From Candidatus Thorarchaeota archaeon (GTDB lineage Archaea > Asgardarchaeota > Thorarchaeia > Thorarchaeales > Thorarchaeaceae), in NCBI GenBank assembly GCA_003345545.1, contig PRDH01000009.1, forward strand, positions 1 to 62,944: a stretch of 62,944 bases of DNA, given 5' to 3'. The notes under the pieces were generated by a model. It saw nothing but the letters and a program-made list of their open reading frames with translations. It ran no database searches and had not been told where the DNA came from. This document shows positions 1 to 10,361 of the stretch, one piece after another. Each line of letters starts with the position of its first letter. Position 1 is the stretch's first letter. A program made the position numbers and the translations under genes.

Positions 1-255
1 TGCCAAATCTATGCTGATGTCTTGAATAGAACAGTCCGACAGGTGAAGGATCCCATCATGGCAAATGCAAGAGGAGCTGCATTTATTGCCGCGGTAGGAC
101 TAGGTTTCTGCAAATCTGATGATATCCCAAGTCTTGTGCAGTACTCGAATATCTTTCATCCGAACCCTGAGAACTGCAAGGTCTATGGCAGACTCTACGG
201 CGAGTTCCTCAATATCTACAAGACCAACAAGGCGATGTATGGCCGCTTGAACTGA
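1..255 (+). CDS. FGGY-family carbohydrate kinase (xylulokinase-like), C-terminal fragment, 5'-truncated by window edge
   Basis: Frame 1 is open from base 1: CQIYADVLNRTVRQV...ANARGAAFIAAVGLG...Y..LY, the typical FGGY kinase C-terminus. Confidence 0.8.
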   Translation, partial: CQIYADVLNRTVRQVKDPIMANARGAAFIAAVGLGFCKSDDIPSLVQYSNIFHPNPENCKVYGRLYGEFLNIYKTNKAMYGRLN

Positions 256-482
256 CAGTGAATGGTGGCTTGAAGAAGGGAGGATTTGGTATGAAGGAAT
301 TTCCCTGTCGTACAGTGAGCGTCCTGTCTGGCGGATACTTGGACAGTGAAATGGCATGGCGATCCTAGTCAGCATGGAGTAGTCTGGCCAGAATACCAGT
401 TTTAACAGAGGTCTTCTGACCCATAAGAATTAATTCCACAATTAAGCAGCATTGACTATTCAACAGGAGGCTCCACTAAGGA

Positions 483-1388
483 ATGCAGGCGGACATCTTC
501 ACACTTTTCGTCAATTTCATCAAGACTCTTCTCCCAACCGCATTTGAAGAATATGCTGGACTGATAGCCTCGCTTCCGGTCTTTGCGTTAATCTATGTGT
601 TCTATCTCATCGTGATTCGTTCTGTGATGCTCACATTCAGGAAAGTTGGGATGCCACGGGAGGCATCAGGTGGAATAATCTTTGGTGTGAGACTCCTCTT
701 CTTCGCATTTGCTCTGCTTTTCCTGCTTGCTTCTGCAGGTAGTGTGCTTTCGGCGTATATTGTCGCAGGCGGAGCAGTCCTAGGAGCATTTATCGGTCTG
801 GCTTTCTCAAAGGCTCTTCAGAACATCGTCAGTGGCTTCTACGTACTGGTGGCTAGACCTTTTCGAGTCGGTGACTATGTCCGGATGGGCGACTCGGAAG
901 GAATCGTAGTAGAAATCACGCTGAACTATACGCGACTTCTCAGGCCTGATCATACTCGCCAGATCATCCCCAACTCAACAACAATTGACCAGCGGCTCAC
1001 AAATTTCCGGGTGCGTGTCGATGACTACTTTGATGAGCGAGGAATGGAATTTGATCGTGATGTCTTTGATCTCGATGGCGAGGAGGAGACAAGGTTTCGT
1101 GACGCAGTGCACAAGCTGAGAAATCTCCTGAAGGGTGACGAGGTGTACAGATACACATTCGATATTGAGTTAGAGAAAACATGTTCCCAATCAGAAGCCA
1201 AGGCATACTTCACCAAGGTCTGTCAGAAATGGGAAGAATCATTCATCCTGCCCCCAGAGTTCTTTTTCTGGAGCAGTGCCGCCACATCCATCACATATCG
1301 ATTTGCATTCGTGGTGATTGATCCGAAAGAAATATTCACGAAGGGTCAAGACTTCAAGGCTGAGTTGGCTCAATTCTCAACGAAATAG
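483..1388 (+). CDS. mscS: Small-conductance mechanosensitive channel (MscS family)
   Basis: N-terminal TM helices; GLAFSKALQNIVSG and RPFRVGDYV...G.V.EITLNYT...IPNS motifs; GGAGG upstream. Confidence 0.85.
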   Translation: MQADIFTLFVNFIKTLLPTAFEEYAGLIASLPVFALIYVFYLIVIRSVMLTFRKVGMPREASGGIIFGVRLLFFAFALLFLLASAGSVLSAYIVAGGAVLGAFIGLAFSKALQNIVSGFYVLVARPFRVGDYVRMGDSEGIVVEITLNYTRLLRPDHTRQIIPNSTTIDQRLTNFRVRVDDYFDERGMEFDRDVFDLDGEEETRFRDAVHKLRNLLKGDEVYRYTFDIELEKTCSQSEAKAYFTKVCQKWEESFILPPEFFFWSSAATSITYRFAFVVIDPKEIFTKGQDFKAELAQFSTK

Positions 1389-1413
1389 TAGTCTGTTCGT
1401 TCGTCAATGGCAA

Positions 1414-2409
1414 CTAAGCATAGTACCTACGTAGAACTCTCAGGGCTCTCAATGTAATCCATTTTGAAGGTGCATTCTTCTTCTCGATATCGCAACGCAT
1501 TTTCCCATTGTATGTGTTTCTCAAGTCCCATGTTCCTGAAGCATTCCTGCTGCCTGTTACCAAGTCAACGGATTGCTGCATCCTCTTATCACGAATCCCA
1601 AGCTCGGTCAACACATCCAGCACTTCTAACACATCAGACTGATAGAACAGAGGAAATCCGAACTTCTTCCATCCAGCTTTTTCCTTCCTACTACCATCAG
1701 GGTTCCGCAAGTATCTGTAGATTTGGTTTTCAAGGAGAATTTCGGTCTCTTGACTGATGATTCGGCTTAGATTTGTTGACCGGCTCTCTTTTGGAATACG
1801 TGATAGTGCCTTGAGAACTTTCACGCCTCCCATGTAGCAGTTCACTGGAAATACCCTATTCTTGTCAATTGGAAATGAGCGACATTTCCAACCACCTACA
1901 TCATCAGAGTGATATTCAATTTGAAAGTCTATCAGTTTCTTTGTTCGGGGGTCCTCGAGATAGCCGAAATGCACAAGGTAGTACAGAATATTACCATCGA
2001 TACAACACCCATCGTTCACTGTACTCTCTCTGCCCTTCTCGGACTTTGGCAAAACGATAAGAAAGTGACCTGAATCCCTTTGGAAACTGAAGAGGTACTC
2101 AATTGCCTTTTCAATCTGGGGAGTCCTCTTCATCCCGAGCTCAGCCAGTATCAGTAACGTGTGCGTACTCGCAGTGTATTTTGGTCGGTACATATCGTCG
2201 GGACTATCCCAGTACCCATCATTCTTCTGAGCTTTGAGAATTGACTTCACGCAGGGCGTAGCCATCACGGCTTCTTGGGCTTCTTTCACCTCGGAGCTTC
2301 TTGGAGATTTGTCTTCGAGGTGCTGAAGTGCCCAGTACCGAATACTAGGGTCTTTGGGCTCAAGAAGCCAGTCAAGAACATCCTGACCGACATATTTCTT
2401 CCAACTCAT
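1414..2409 (-). CDS. Prenyltransferase/squalene-cyclase-repeat (alpha/alpha toroid) protein, function unknown
   Basis: QxxDGxW-type repeats (QKNDGYW, QRDSGHF, RNASGTW); C-terminal PSKWITLRAL. Confidence 0.6.
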   Translation of the reverse strand: MSWKKYVGQDVLDWLLEPKDPSIRYWALQHLEDKSPRSSEVKEAQEAVMATPCVKSILKAQKNDGYWDSPDDMYRPKYTASTHTLLILAELGMKRTPQIEKAIEYLFSFQRDSGHFLIVLPKSEKGRESTVNDGCCIDGNILYYLVHFGYLEDPRTKKLIDFQIEYHSDDVGGWKCRSFPIDKNRVFPVNCYMGGVKVLKALSRIPKESRSTNLSRIISQETEILLENQIYRYLRNPDGSRKEKAGWKKFGFPLFYQSDVLEVLDVLTELGIRDKRMQQSVDLVTGSRNASGTWDLRNTYNGKMRCDIEKKNAPSKWITLRALRVLRRYYA

Positions 2410-2481
2410 GACAATGCCGATAACGCATTGTCGTATTAAGCTCTAGGTTGCACTACTCAAGCTGCTGCTCTGTCTGAATCC

Positions 2482-3525
2482 TTAATCCTTCCAAGGGACT
2501 ATCTCATCATCCCGTTTGTCCAGAGTCTTTTGAACAAACTCCGGATCTGCAAGCAGTGCCCTGCCGATTCCAAGCAAATCGCATAGATTTCTTTTGATGA
2601 CTCGCCTTGCAAACTTTGCATCTCTGACCATACCAACGCCTATCACTGGAATCTTGACTTCGCTCTTGATTTTTGAAGCACATGGAATGCAGCAGTCATA
2701 GGGATAACCACGCAGGAATGCAGGCATGGTCTTCTCGTCAAAGATTGAAGGAATCCCAGGATTGTTTATGGCGTCAACAACGCATGAGATGTGTAGTGCA
2801 TCAACTCCGGCATGTTCGATAATTCGTGCAATCTTGACTGCTTGATCTATCGTGATTCCATTTACTACATTTTCAATTCCGTTCATGCGAAAGATTAGGG
2901 GAAAGCTGCGAAGTTCTCTGCGAATGGCCTTGATGACATCGACCGCGAGTTTTGCTCTCTTCTCAATTGGCCCCCCGTAGTCATCATTCCTATGGTTCGT
3001 ATATGAGGAAAGGAACGCACTTAGAAGATAGAAATGAGCGCCGTGGATCTCCACCCCGTCAAATCCGGCCTCCTGCGCTCGCCGGGCGGCATTCACAAAC
3101 TTGCCTTTGATGTCTTCAATCTCATCCACTGTCAAGACTTCTGGTACCTTGCCCTTCATAACTGGGACTGCTGATGGACCGACATATCGTGTCGCGATGT
3201 GGGATTTGGGCCCTGCGTGATTTATCTGGATGAATGCCCGTGCTCCATATTTCTTGATGCCTTCTGCAAGTGCTGATAGACCAGGAATTACTCTATCATC
3301 ATGGATTCCTATGTTCCGCTTCATAATGCCGTGTGCCCAGTCAATTGCCGCCGCCTCCACAATGATGAGCCCCACCCCTCCCCTACTCCTAGCAGCATAG
3401 TGCTCTATCAGCTCAGGTGTGACAAATCCCTCATCTGTTGCAAGGTTCCGCACCATAGGTGGCATCACTGCTCTATTGCGGACTCTCAACTGACCAATGG
3501 TGATAGGATCTGCAAGGTCTGGCAT
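2482..3525 (-). CDS. NADH:flavin oxidoreductase, Old Yellow Enzyme family
   Basis: RNRAVMPPM, GGVGLIIVE, QINHAG, AGFDGVEIHGAHFYLL, N.R.DDYGG, GRALLADP. Confidence 0.92.
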   Translation of the reverse strand: MPDLADPITIGQLRVRNRAVMPPMVRNLATDEGFVTPELIEHYAARSRGGVGLIIVEAAAIDWAHGIMKRNIGIHDDRVIPGLSALAEGIKKYGARAFIQINHAGPKSHIATRYVGPSAVPVMKGKVPEVLTVDEIEDIKGKFVNAARRAQEAGFDGVEIHGAHFYLLSAFLSSYTNHRNDDYGGPIEKRAKLAVDVIKAIRRELRSFPLIFRMNGIENVVNGITIDQAVKIARIIEHAGVDALHISCVVDAINNPGIPSIFDEKTMPAFLRGYPYDCCIPCASKIKSEVKIPVIGVGMVRDAKFARRVIKRNLCDLLGIGRALLADPEFVQKTLDKRDDEIVPWKD

Positions 3526-3568
3526 TATATTACCAAGTCCTGCACTAGCTCTCTCTGAACCAGTTAGC

Positions 3569-4882
3569 CTATAGGTCTGCTCCAGTCTTTCCTGTTCCCC
3601 ATGACTCCATGGCTATCCTGAGCTCTTCATGTCCTTCTTCCTTTGCATACCTGCTCACTGGGATATCCTGCATCTTGGCTTCAATTGCCTGCCGAAACGC
3701 AATTGCTCCCGCACGAGGACCCTTTGGATGAGCATGAATTCCCGCTCCCGATCCGATTACGATATCTGGACCCAGGTCGTTGATGACCTCTTCTACATGT
3801 CCCGGGCTAATTCCGCCACTTGGCATTGGAGCTGTCTGTTCGATATTCTGAAGGGGCATGACCATATCATGCGCGATATTGAGGAACCGCTCCTTGAGAA
3901 TCGGTGCCTTTCCATATGGTGCAGGAAAGACTGTGATGTCTGCCCCGCAAATCCTTGGTAGTTTTCCAGTGATGATGTTGGATGAAATACCTACGATAGG
4001 TGAGTAGGACATGGCACCCGTTACATCCATGTGTGCAAGAACCGGGACCTTGGGAGACAGGTCCTCACATACATGGAGGAATGCAGCATAACCCACTGCA
4101 AGGAAGTTGATCATCAGTCCATTAGCACCTAGCTCAATAGCTTTGTCTGCATTCTCAAACATTTGAGGCAGTTTGTCAGTTATATTGACTGTATAGAGCG
4201 TCTTCTCGCCCTTCTCAGAGTCTGCACGGTCGAGAGCCTCCATGAATCTCGGAATTCGCTCCTCAATGGTGTTGTAAGCGGGGTTTGCCAGGAGCTCATC
4301 ATCCTTGATGATATCCGCTCCTCCAGCTGCTGCCTCGTAGGCAAGGTCTGCACCCATCTGACATGACGGGTACACACAGGGCTTAATCATATTGTTCAGA
4401 AACGGCCTCTTCTTTACCTTCAGTAGTTTCCTGAGACCCGTAATTCCAAACTTCGGACCCTTGAATCCCTTAAGCCAGCTCTTTGGGAACTTCATGTCAA
4501 GACACTTGATCCTCCCGTAGAGGGAGATGTTACCAACCACGGTGCTGAGAAGCATGGGAATCTGCTGCCCGAAGTTCTCCCAGGGAAAGGCTACTTGCAT
4601 GATGTACTCCCTTCTCTCTAGGTCTTTGGGAAGACTGTATTCGTACTGAGGGACCTCGTAGACTCCGATCACCTTCGCGACGTGCCTCCTTCTGACCTCA
4701 GGAGTTTCTCCGGGAACCATTGTCCAAGTCCCCGTACTCTGTTCGACTGCTGCCGCCCAGGCCATCTCGCGTGCATCCAAGAACGGTGGGAGTCCGACAT
4801 AGTACGTACCTATGATATACTTCTCTTCATCAATTGCATCTGGTAATGCATCCGGTAGTGCATCAAGTGGAAGTCTGTCCAT
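3569..4882 (-). CDS. RuBisCO-like protein (form IV, RLP); probable start is the ATG at 4882 (ORF track extends to 4972)
   Basis: EQSTGTW, FKGPKFG, IKP, GGADIIKDDE, SGG and HAHPKG motifs; several true-RuBisCO residues are substituted. Confidence 0.9.
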   Translation of the reverse strand: MDRLPLDALPDALPDAIDEEKYIIGTYYVGLPPFLDAREMAWAAAVEQSTGTWTMVPGETPEVRRRHVAKVIGVYEVPQYEYSLPKDLERREYIMQVAFPWENFGQQIPMLLSTVVGNISLYGRIKCLDMKFPKSWLKGFKGPKFGITGLRKLLKVKKRPFLNNMIKPCVYPSCQMGADLAYEAAAGGADIIKDDELLANPAYNTIEERIPRFMEALDRADSEKGEKTLYTVNITDKLPQMFENADKAIELGANGLMINFLAVGYAAFLHVCEDLSPKVPVLAHMDVTGAMSYSPIVGISSNIITGKLPRICGADITVFPAPYGKAPILKERFLNIAHDMVMPLQNIEQTAPMPSGGISPGHVEEVINDLGPDIVIGSGAGIHAHPKGPRAGAIAFRQAIEAKMQDIPVSRYAKEEGHEELRIAMESWGTGKTGADL

Positions 4883-5061
4883 GATAATCGACCGACTTAC
4901 CAACTGCGCACGCCGTCTTATGTTCTTTTGGAGAAGCACAAGAACACACAAGGAGAAGCGACATGGACACAATCTCCTGCACGAGAATGGTTCGCCAGAG
5001 AGCTTATTTTATCAATGTGCATAGCATCGTGGAAACATAGGACAACTAGAGCCGGGAACTG

Positions 5062-6669
5062 ATGACAATGATTCCGATTACAGAGGTTGCCAAGAAGGCA
5101 GGTATCGAAGAGAAGTTCTTAGAATTCTATGGGAAATACATGGCCAAGATTGACCTGAACATCCGCAAAGAGCTTGGGCCCCGGAAGGGCAGACTGATAC
5201 TCGTAACAGCTACCACCCCGACCCCTGCTGGCGAAGGCAAGACGACAAACACGATTGGTCTTTCGATGGCACTGAATGCGCTTGGTCATAATGCAGTTGC
5301 TGCTCTGCGGCAGCCATCGCTGGGACCTGTCTTTGGTGTGAAGGGAGGTGCTGCAGGCGGCGGAAAATCCAGACTGGAACCATTCGAACAGGTCAACCTC
5401 TTTCTTACGGGAGACTTTCCCGCAGTTTCAGCAGCCCACAACCTCTTGTCGGCAATGATTGACAACTACATTCACCACGATCATCAGCCTGAGATTGATA
5501 TACGTCGAACCTATTGGCCGAGAAATGTTGACATGAATGACAGAGCACTAAGAAAGGTGATAGTCGGCCTCGGAGGCAGATACGATGGAATGCCGCGGGA
5601 GGATTCATTCATCATCACCTCTGCATCAGAGGTCATGGCCATCCTCGGGCTATCCATGGACTATCGCGATTTGAAGACACGTCTTGGAAACATTCTGATA
5701 GGTAGGTCTCAGCAGTCGAAGGAGATGTACGCTAGGGACCTGAAGGCTCATGGAGCAATGGCAGTGCTTCTTCGTGATGCACTCAAACCGAACCTAGTCC
5801 AGACCTGTGAGGGAACCCCTGCAATCATGCACACTGGACCCTTCGCAAATATCGCTCATGGTACAAGCTCCGTCATCTCAACTGACATTGCACTTCGGCT
5901 CTTTGATTATGTCATCATCGAAACTGGCTTTGGCGCTGACCTTGGAGCAGAGAAATTCCTCAACATCGTCACACGTATTGGCAATTTCAAGGTGGATGCC
6001 TGTGTTGTCATCACCACGATACGCGCACTCAAGTTCCATGGAAGCGACGTGCTGGAGCAAGGGTTTCCCAACCTTGAGAAACACGTTGAGAATATGCGCA
6101 ATTTTGGAGTTCCTGTCATAGTTGCGGTCAACCGATTCCCGAATGATACTGATGAGGAGATTGAACTTATTCGGAAACACTGCTCGATGAAAGGCGTTAA
6201 AGTGGAAGTATCGGAGGTCTATGCCAAAGGCAGTGCAGGAGGGCTAGACTTAGCTCGGGCAGTCATTGAAACCTTGGAGAAGCAACCTGCTGGTCCAATC
6301 AAGTATACATATGATCTGAAGGACCCTATCAAGACCAAAATACAGAAAGTCGCGCAGCAAATCTATGGTGCTCGGGATGTAGACTACACAAGCGATGCCC
6401 GAGGTGTTATTGCTTCTCTCGAGAAGCGAGGATACGGAAAACTGCCAATCTGCATTGCAAAGACACAGTTCAGTCTGTCTGACAATAAGGGATTACCAGG
6501 AAGACCTGATTGCTTTGATGTGGAAGTAGTCGGCGCTGATGTCAACAGTGGCGCTGGATTTGTGGTTATCCACATGGGTGACGTCAATCTGATGCCCGGA
6601 CTACCTGAAGTGCCTGCCGCAGAACAGATGGATGTAGATGATGAAGGCAACATCAGTGGAGTATTCTAG
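5062..6669 (+). CDS. fhs: Formate--tetrahydrofolate ligase
   Basis: PTPAGEGKTT, RQPSLGPVFGVKGGAAGGG, GPFANIAHG, GFGADLGAEKF, CIAKTQFSLSD, MPGLP. Confidence 0.97.
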   Translation: MTMIPITEVAKKAGIEEKFLEFYGKYMAKIDLNIRKELGPRKGRLILVTATTPTPAGEGKTTNTIGLSMALNALGHNAVAALRQPSLGPVFGVKGGAAGGGKSRLEPFEQVNLFLTGDFPAVSAAHNLLSAMIDNYIHHDHQPEIDIRRTYWPRNVDMNDRALRKVIVGLGGRYDGMPREDSFIITSASEVMAILGLSMDYRDLKTRLGNILIGRSQQSKEMYARDLKAHGAMAVLLRDALKPNLVQTCEGTPAIMHTGPFANIAHGTSSVISTDIALRLFDYVIIETGFGADLGAEKFLNIVTRIGNFKVDACVVITTIRALKFHGSDVLEQGFPNLEKHVENMRNFGVPVIVAVNRFPNDTDEEIELIRKHCSMKGVKVEVSEVYAKGSAGGLDLARAVIETLEKQPAGPIKYTYDLKDPIKTKIQKVAQQIYGARDVDYTSDARGVIASLEKRGYGKLPICIAKTQFSLSDNKGLPGRPDCFDVEVVGADVNSGAGFVVIHMGDVNLMPGLPEVPAAEQMDVDDEGNISGVF

Positions 6670-6672
6670 TAG

Positions 6673-7566
6673 GTGAGTCATGTGTCGGAGGATGAACAGA
6701 AACCAATCTGCGATGATCACGTCATCATGGGAAAGAGGCTCGCAAAACGCCTTCGCGCGCAGGTCAAGAAAGAGGTGGAACAACTCATAGAGAACCATGG
6801 CATCGCTCCCAAACTCGTCACAGTGATCGTCGGAGAGGACGAGGGGTCTCAGATGTACGTTCGAATGAAGCGCAAGGCGTGCAGTGAAGCTGGTATTCTC
6901 TCCGATCACAACGACTTGCCTGTGAAGACCACCCAGACAGAGCTACTAGCTCTCATAGACCAACTCAACAAGGACCGTACGGTTCACGGCATTCTTGTCC
7001 AACTCCCTCTCCCAGACCACATCAACGAGAAGACGATCATTGGAGCTATCACCCCGTTGAAGGATGTGGATGGTTTTTCTCCAACGAACATCTATAATCT
7101 GTTCTATGGTAGCGAAGTCCTAAGTTCTGCAACACCCCATGGTATTGTCACGATTCTGGACCATGTTGGCATGAAGGACCTCTCGGGAAAACACGTTGTT
7201 GTTGTCAATCGGTCAATGATAGTAGGGAAGCCGCTCATCTTCCTGCTTCTGAACAGAAATGCCACCGTGACTGTATGTCACTCGCGCACGGCCGACCTGG
7301 CTAATTTCACTAGGCAGGCTGATGTTTTAATCACCGCAATTGGTCGCAGGAAGTCAGAGGGAGCTCCCTTCTTCATCACTGCTGACATGATAAAGGAGGA
7401 TGCAGTCGTCATCGATGTTGCATCACCCCACGGAGATGTTGATTTTGAGCATGTCAAGGAAAAGGCATTGTGCATCTCCCCGGTCCCTGGCGGCGTTGGC
7501 CCCATGACTATCGCCATGCTTCTGCGGAATGTACTAGATGCTTATTCTGCTCAAGTGGCGAAGTGA
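6673..7566 (+). CDS. folD: Bifunctional methylene-THF dehydrogenase/cyclohydrolase
   Basis: YVRMKRK, GILVQLPLP, KDVDGF, NATVTVCHSRT, PVPGGVGPMT. Confidence 0.96.
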   Translation: MSHVSEDEQKPICDDHVIMGKRLAKRLRAQVKKEVEQLIENHGIAPKLVTVIVGEDEGSQMYVRMKRKACSEAGILSDHNDLPVKTTQTELLALIDQLNKDRTVHGILVQLPLPDHINEKTIIGAITPLKDVDGFSPTNIYNLFYGSEVLSSATPHGIVTILDHVGMKDLSGKHVVVVNRSMIVGKPLIFLLLNRNATVTVCHSRTADLANFTRQADVLITAIGRRKSEGAPFFITADMIKEDAVVIDVASPHGDVDFEHVKEKALCISPVPGGVGPMTIAMLLRNVLDAYSAQVAK

Positions 7567-7633
7567 CCCATTTACCGGTACAAGGAACACTCTCCCAAAT
7601 GCTTTTCTACATCCTCGCTCCGAGCGGTCCTCG

Positions 7634-9205
7634 GTGAATGGTGTGAAAGTTATCGAGTGTGTGCCAAATTTCTCGGAAGGCCGCAGAAAGGAAGTCATTG
7701 ATGCTATCGCTGAAGCCATAAAGAACATTGAAGGCGTCCGCCTGCTTGATATTGAGTCTGACCCAGACCACAATCGGTCGGTCTTCACATTCATCGGCGA
7801 ACCTCAGAGTGTGAAAGGTGCCGCACTGAAAGCTGCTGATGTTGCAGTCGAGAGGATTGACCTGACCAAGCATCAGGGTGCGCATCCACGGATGGGTGCT
7901 GTTGATGTTGTGCCTTTCATACCACTCCATGGAACTACAGTGGGTGAATGTATCGAGCTCTCGAAGGAGTTTGCCGCTGAGTTCTCGAAGAAGCACGGAG
8001 TACCTGTCTACCTCTACTCAAAGGCTGCAACTCGGCCAGATCGCGTTGACCTTCCAAATATACGTGAGGGTGAGTTTGAAGGTCTCAGAGATCTGATTGG
8101 CAAGGACCCGTCGAGGACACCTGACTATGGTCCGAATAGAATCCATCCAACAGCGGGTGCGACAGCCACTGGCTCACGGAACTTTCTTGTAGCCATCAAT
8201 TTCAATCTGAATACCACTAATCTCTCAGTCGCAAAAGCATGTGCTGATGCAATTCGAGGAACTACCGGCGGCTTTGTCAACGTGCAGGCGATAGCCCTTG
8301 ATCTTCCCGCCAAGAACTGCGTGCAAGTCTCAGTCAACCTCACTCACCCAAGACAGACAAAGATTCACCAGGTATTAGAAGTAGTCCGGAACGAGGCTCG
8401 CAGATTCGGTGCGACAGTCATTGAAACAGAGATTGTCGGAATGGTTCCTCTCTTTGCACTTCTTGATGCTCTCAAGTACTATCTCCAACCTGAGAAGCTG
8501 GAGGAGTCAATGATACTGGATCTGTACTATCTGAGCGGAGCGCAGGACCCCACAAAGAAGACCTTCACGGAGATGTCCCTCATCGAGTTCGGTAATGAAG
8601 TCCGAAGGGCAAGTGCCACTCCCGGTGGTGGTAGTGTTGCTGCTGCGATGGGATCCTTTGGAGCTGGACTCGTGTGTATGGTCGCTGGTCTGTCTCTATC
8701 TGGAAGGAAGTTTGCGGGAGTCAAGGAGGAGATGCTTTCGCACCGTCACGCCTGCGAGTATGATCGAGGTATCCTACAGGACCTCATTGAGAAAGACTCT
8801 GCTGCATTCGATGTTGTGCTGGATACATTCAGGATGCCTGAGGGTACTGCTGCTGAGAAGAAGGCAAAGGCTGAGGCAACTGAGAAGGCTACAATCCATG
8901 CCGCTGAGATGCCTCTGACCACTATGCGTCAGTCTCTCGATGCCCTAAATCACGCAAGATTCATCGCGGAGAACGGTAATATCAACACTATCACTGATGC
9001 TGGCGTTGCTTCTCATGCACTGATGGCCGCCATCGAAGGGGCAGCATTGAACGTTCGCATCAATCTAGGAAACATTAGGACCAAGAGCTTTGTCGAAAAG
9101 GCATCTAGAGAGATCGAGAAGATAATTGCAGACGGTCGAAGACTAAAGGAAGAAGCACTTGGGATTGTCGAGGCTCGCATGAAGCAGCTTGCTGAAAGCA
9201 AATAG
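7634..9205 (+). CDS. ftcD: Bifunctional glutamate formiminotransferase / formimino-THF cyclodeaminase; start probably GTG at 7634 or 7643
   Basis: ECVPNFSEGR, DHNRSV, HPRMGAVDVVPF, C-terminal TPGGGS cyclodeaminase domain and NVRINL. Confidence 0.93.
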   Translation: MNGVKVIECVPNFSEGRRKEVIDAIAEAIKNIEGVRLLDIESDPDHNRSVFTFIGEPQSVKGAALKAADVAVERIDLTKHQGAHPRMGAVDVVPFIPLHGTTVGECIELSKEFAAEFSKKHGVPVYLYSKAATRPDRVDLPNIREGEFEGLRDLIGKDPSRTPDYGPNRIHPTAGATATGSRNFLVAINFNLNTTNLSVAKACADAIRGTTGGFVNVQAIALDLPAKNCVQVSVNLTHPRQTKIHQVLEVVRNEARRFGATVIETEIVGMVPLFALLDALKYYLQPEKLEESMILDLYYLSGAQDPTKKTFTEMSLIEFGNEVRRASATPGGGSVAAAMGSFGAGLVCMVAGLSLSGRKFAGVKEEMLSHRHACEYDRGILQDLIEKDSAAFDVVLDTFRMPEGTAAEKKAKAEATEKATIHAAEMPLTTMRQSLDALNHARFIAENGNINTITDAGVASHALMAAIEGAALNVRINLGNIRTKSFVEKASREIEKIIADGRRLKEEALGIVEARMKQLAESK

Positions 9206-9206
9206 A

Positions 9207-10361
9207 TTATCGGTTGATAGTTGTGATGGAGGCACCTCTGCTCACCTCTACGATGTACGCCTTTCCGTCTGCATGTTGAATCGCAGAGGCTACTTCGTTC
9301 TCCTGACCATTGCAGTAAGCCATCATTGTCCCTCCACCCCCGCTTCCATTTATCTTGCATCCCAAGGCACCAGCGCTCAACGATGCTTCTATCATCCTCT
9401 CTATCTTCGGTGTGGATCTATTCAACCCATCTCTCAAAATCTCATGATGCTCTGTAAGCATTCTTCCTATTTCACGTGGCTCAGGGTTCCTCGTGCTAAG
9501 TAATTCGAGAGCGCGATGGGTAAGGTCTCTGTTTTGCAGTGTTGCTTCAGCCATTCTTCTCTGCTGGCTTGGCGCTTGATGACGCTGCTTATACACTGAA
9601 TCCACTGAGGTAGTTCTTCTGTTGAATGAGCTGATACCCTGAGACATGATTTCGTATTCTCTCTCCACAGCGGTTCTGATGAAACGGAGATCTCCTACTG
9701 TGTCCTTCTTCTTTTCGCACGAGTCTCCAATGACTATTGAAGCGAGTCTAGCAGGAAGCCTGATTGCTGTTCCGTTTTCCATGTCTACATGGATGACTCC
9801 GCCAAAGACTGATGCATAGTGATCCATGGTCCCCCCACTCTCGCCAAACTCTGTGACTTCCGCATCGTAGGCTGCAAGCGCGACATTCCTTTCAGAAACT
9901 CTCTTTTCTGCCATCCTGGCTATGGCCATCACTGCACCTACTGTCATCGCTGAGGAGCTGGAGAGACCTGCCGCTATTGGGATATTGCCCTTGACCTGAA
10001 GACTCCACCCATGGCGCGGGCGGAATCCCTCGCGTGCCATCACATTGAATGCACTTCTGAGATAGTCACGCCGGCTCCTATAGGGAGTCTCGGTTTCTAT
10101 GGGAAACGTATCCTTCTCACCTAGATTGAGATAGACAATATGGATTTCATCATCAGTTCTTGGCGCAGCAGTGATCTCCATTTCCATGCTTATCGCAGCC
10201 GCAATCACATCTAAACCAAGATAGTCGCTATGTTCTCCAAAGAGGCAGATACGGCCGGGTGCTCGTACACGGAACGGAAGGTCGCGCAAAAGCAGTTCCC
10301 TCAGGTCAACTTCTGCATCACTATTAGTCCTTTCCAATCGCCAACCGTATGGCTGTCTCAA
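9207..10361 (-). CDS. GHMP-family sugar kinase (galactokinase-like)
   Basis: APGRICLFGEHSDY, PIAAGLSSSSA, GSGGGG motifs. Confidence 0.85.
   Translation of the reverse strand: MRQPYGWRLERTNSDAEVDLRELLLRDLPFRVRAPGRICLFGEHSDYLGLDVIAAAISMEMEITAAPRTDDEIHIVYLNLGEKDTFPIETETPYRSRRDYLRSAFNVMAREGFRPRHGWSLQVKGNIPIAAGLSSSSAMTVGAVMAIARMAEKRVSERNVALAAYDAEVTEFGESGGTMDHYASVFGGVIHVDMENGTAIRLPARLASIVIGDSCEKKKDTVGDLRFIRTAVEREYEIMSQGISSFNRRTTSVDSVYKQRHQAPSQQRRMAEATLQNRDLTHRALELLSTRNPEPREIGRMLTEHHEILRDGLNRSTPKIERMIEASLSAGALGCKINGSGGGGTMMAYCNGQENEVASAIQHADGKAYIVEVSRGASITTINR

Noticed and set aside
1414-2409. Squalene-hopene cyclase or nitrogenase-related protein
   Set aside because: Too short for a cyclase and no DxDD motif; no P-loop or Fe-S motifs of NifH
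3569-4882. Carbon-fixing RuBisCO (form I-III)
   Set aside because: Key RuBP-binding residues are substituted (KPC, HM, no His327 equivalent), which fits form IV RLP
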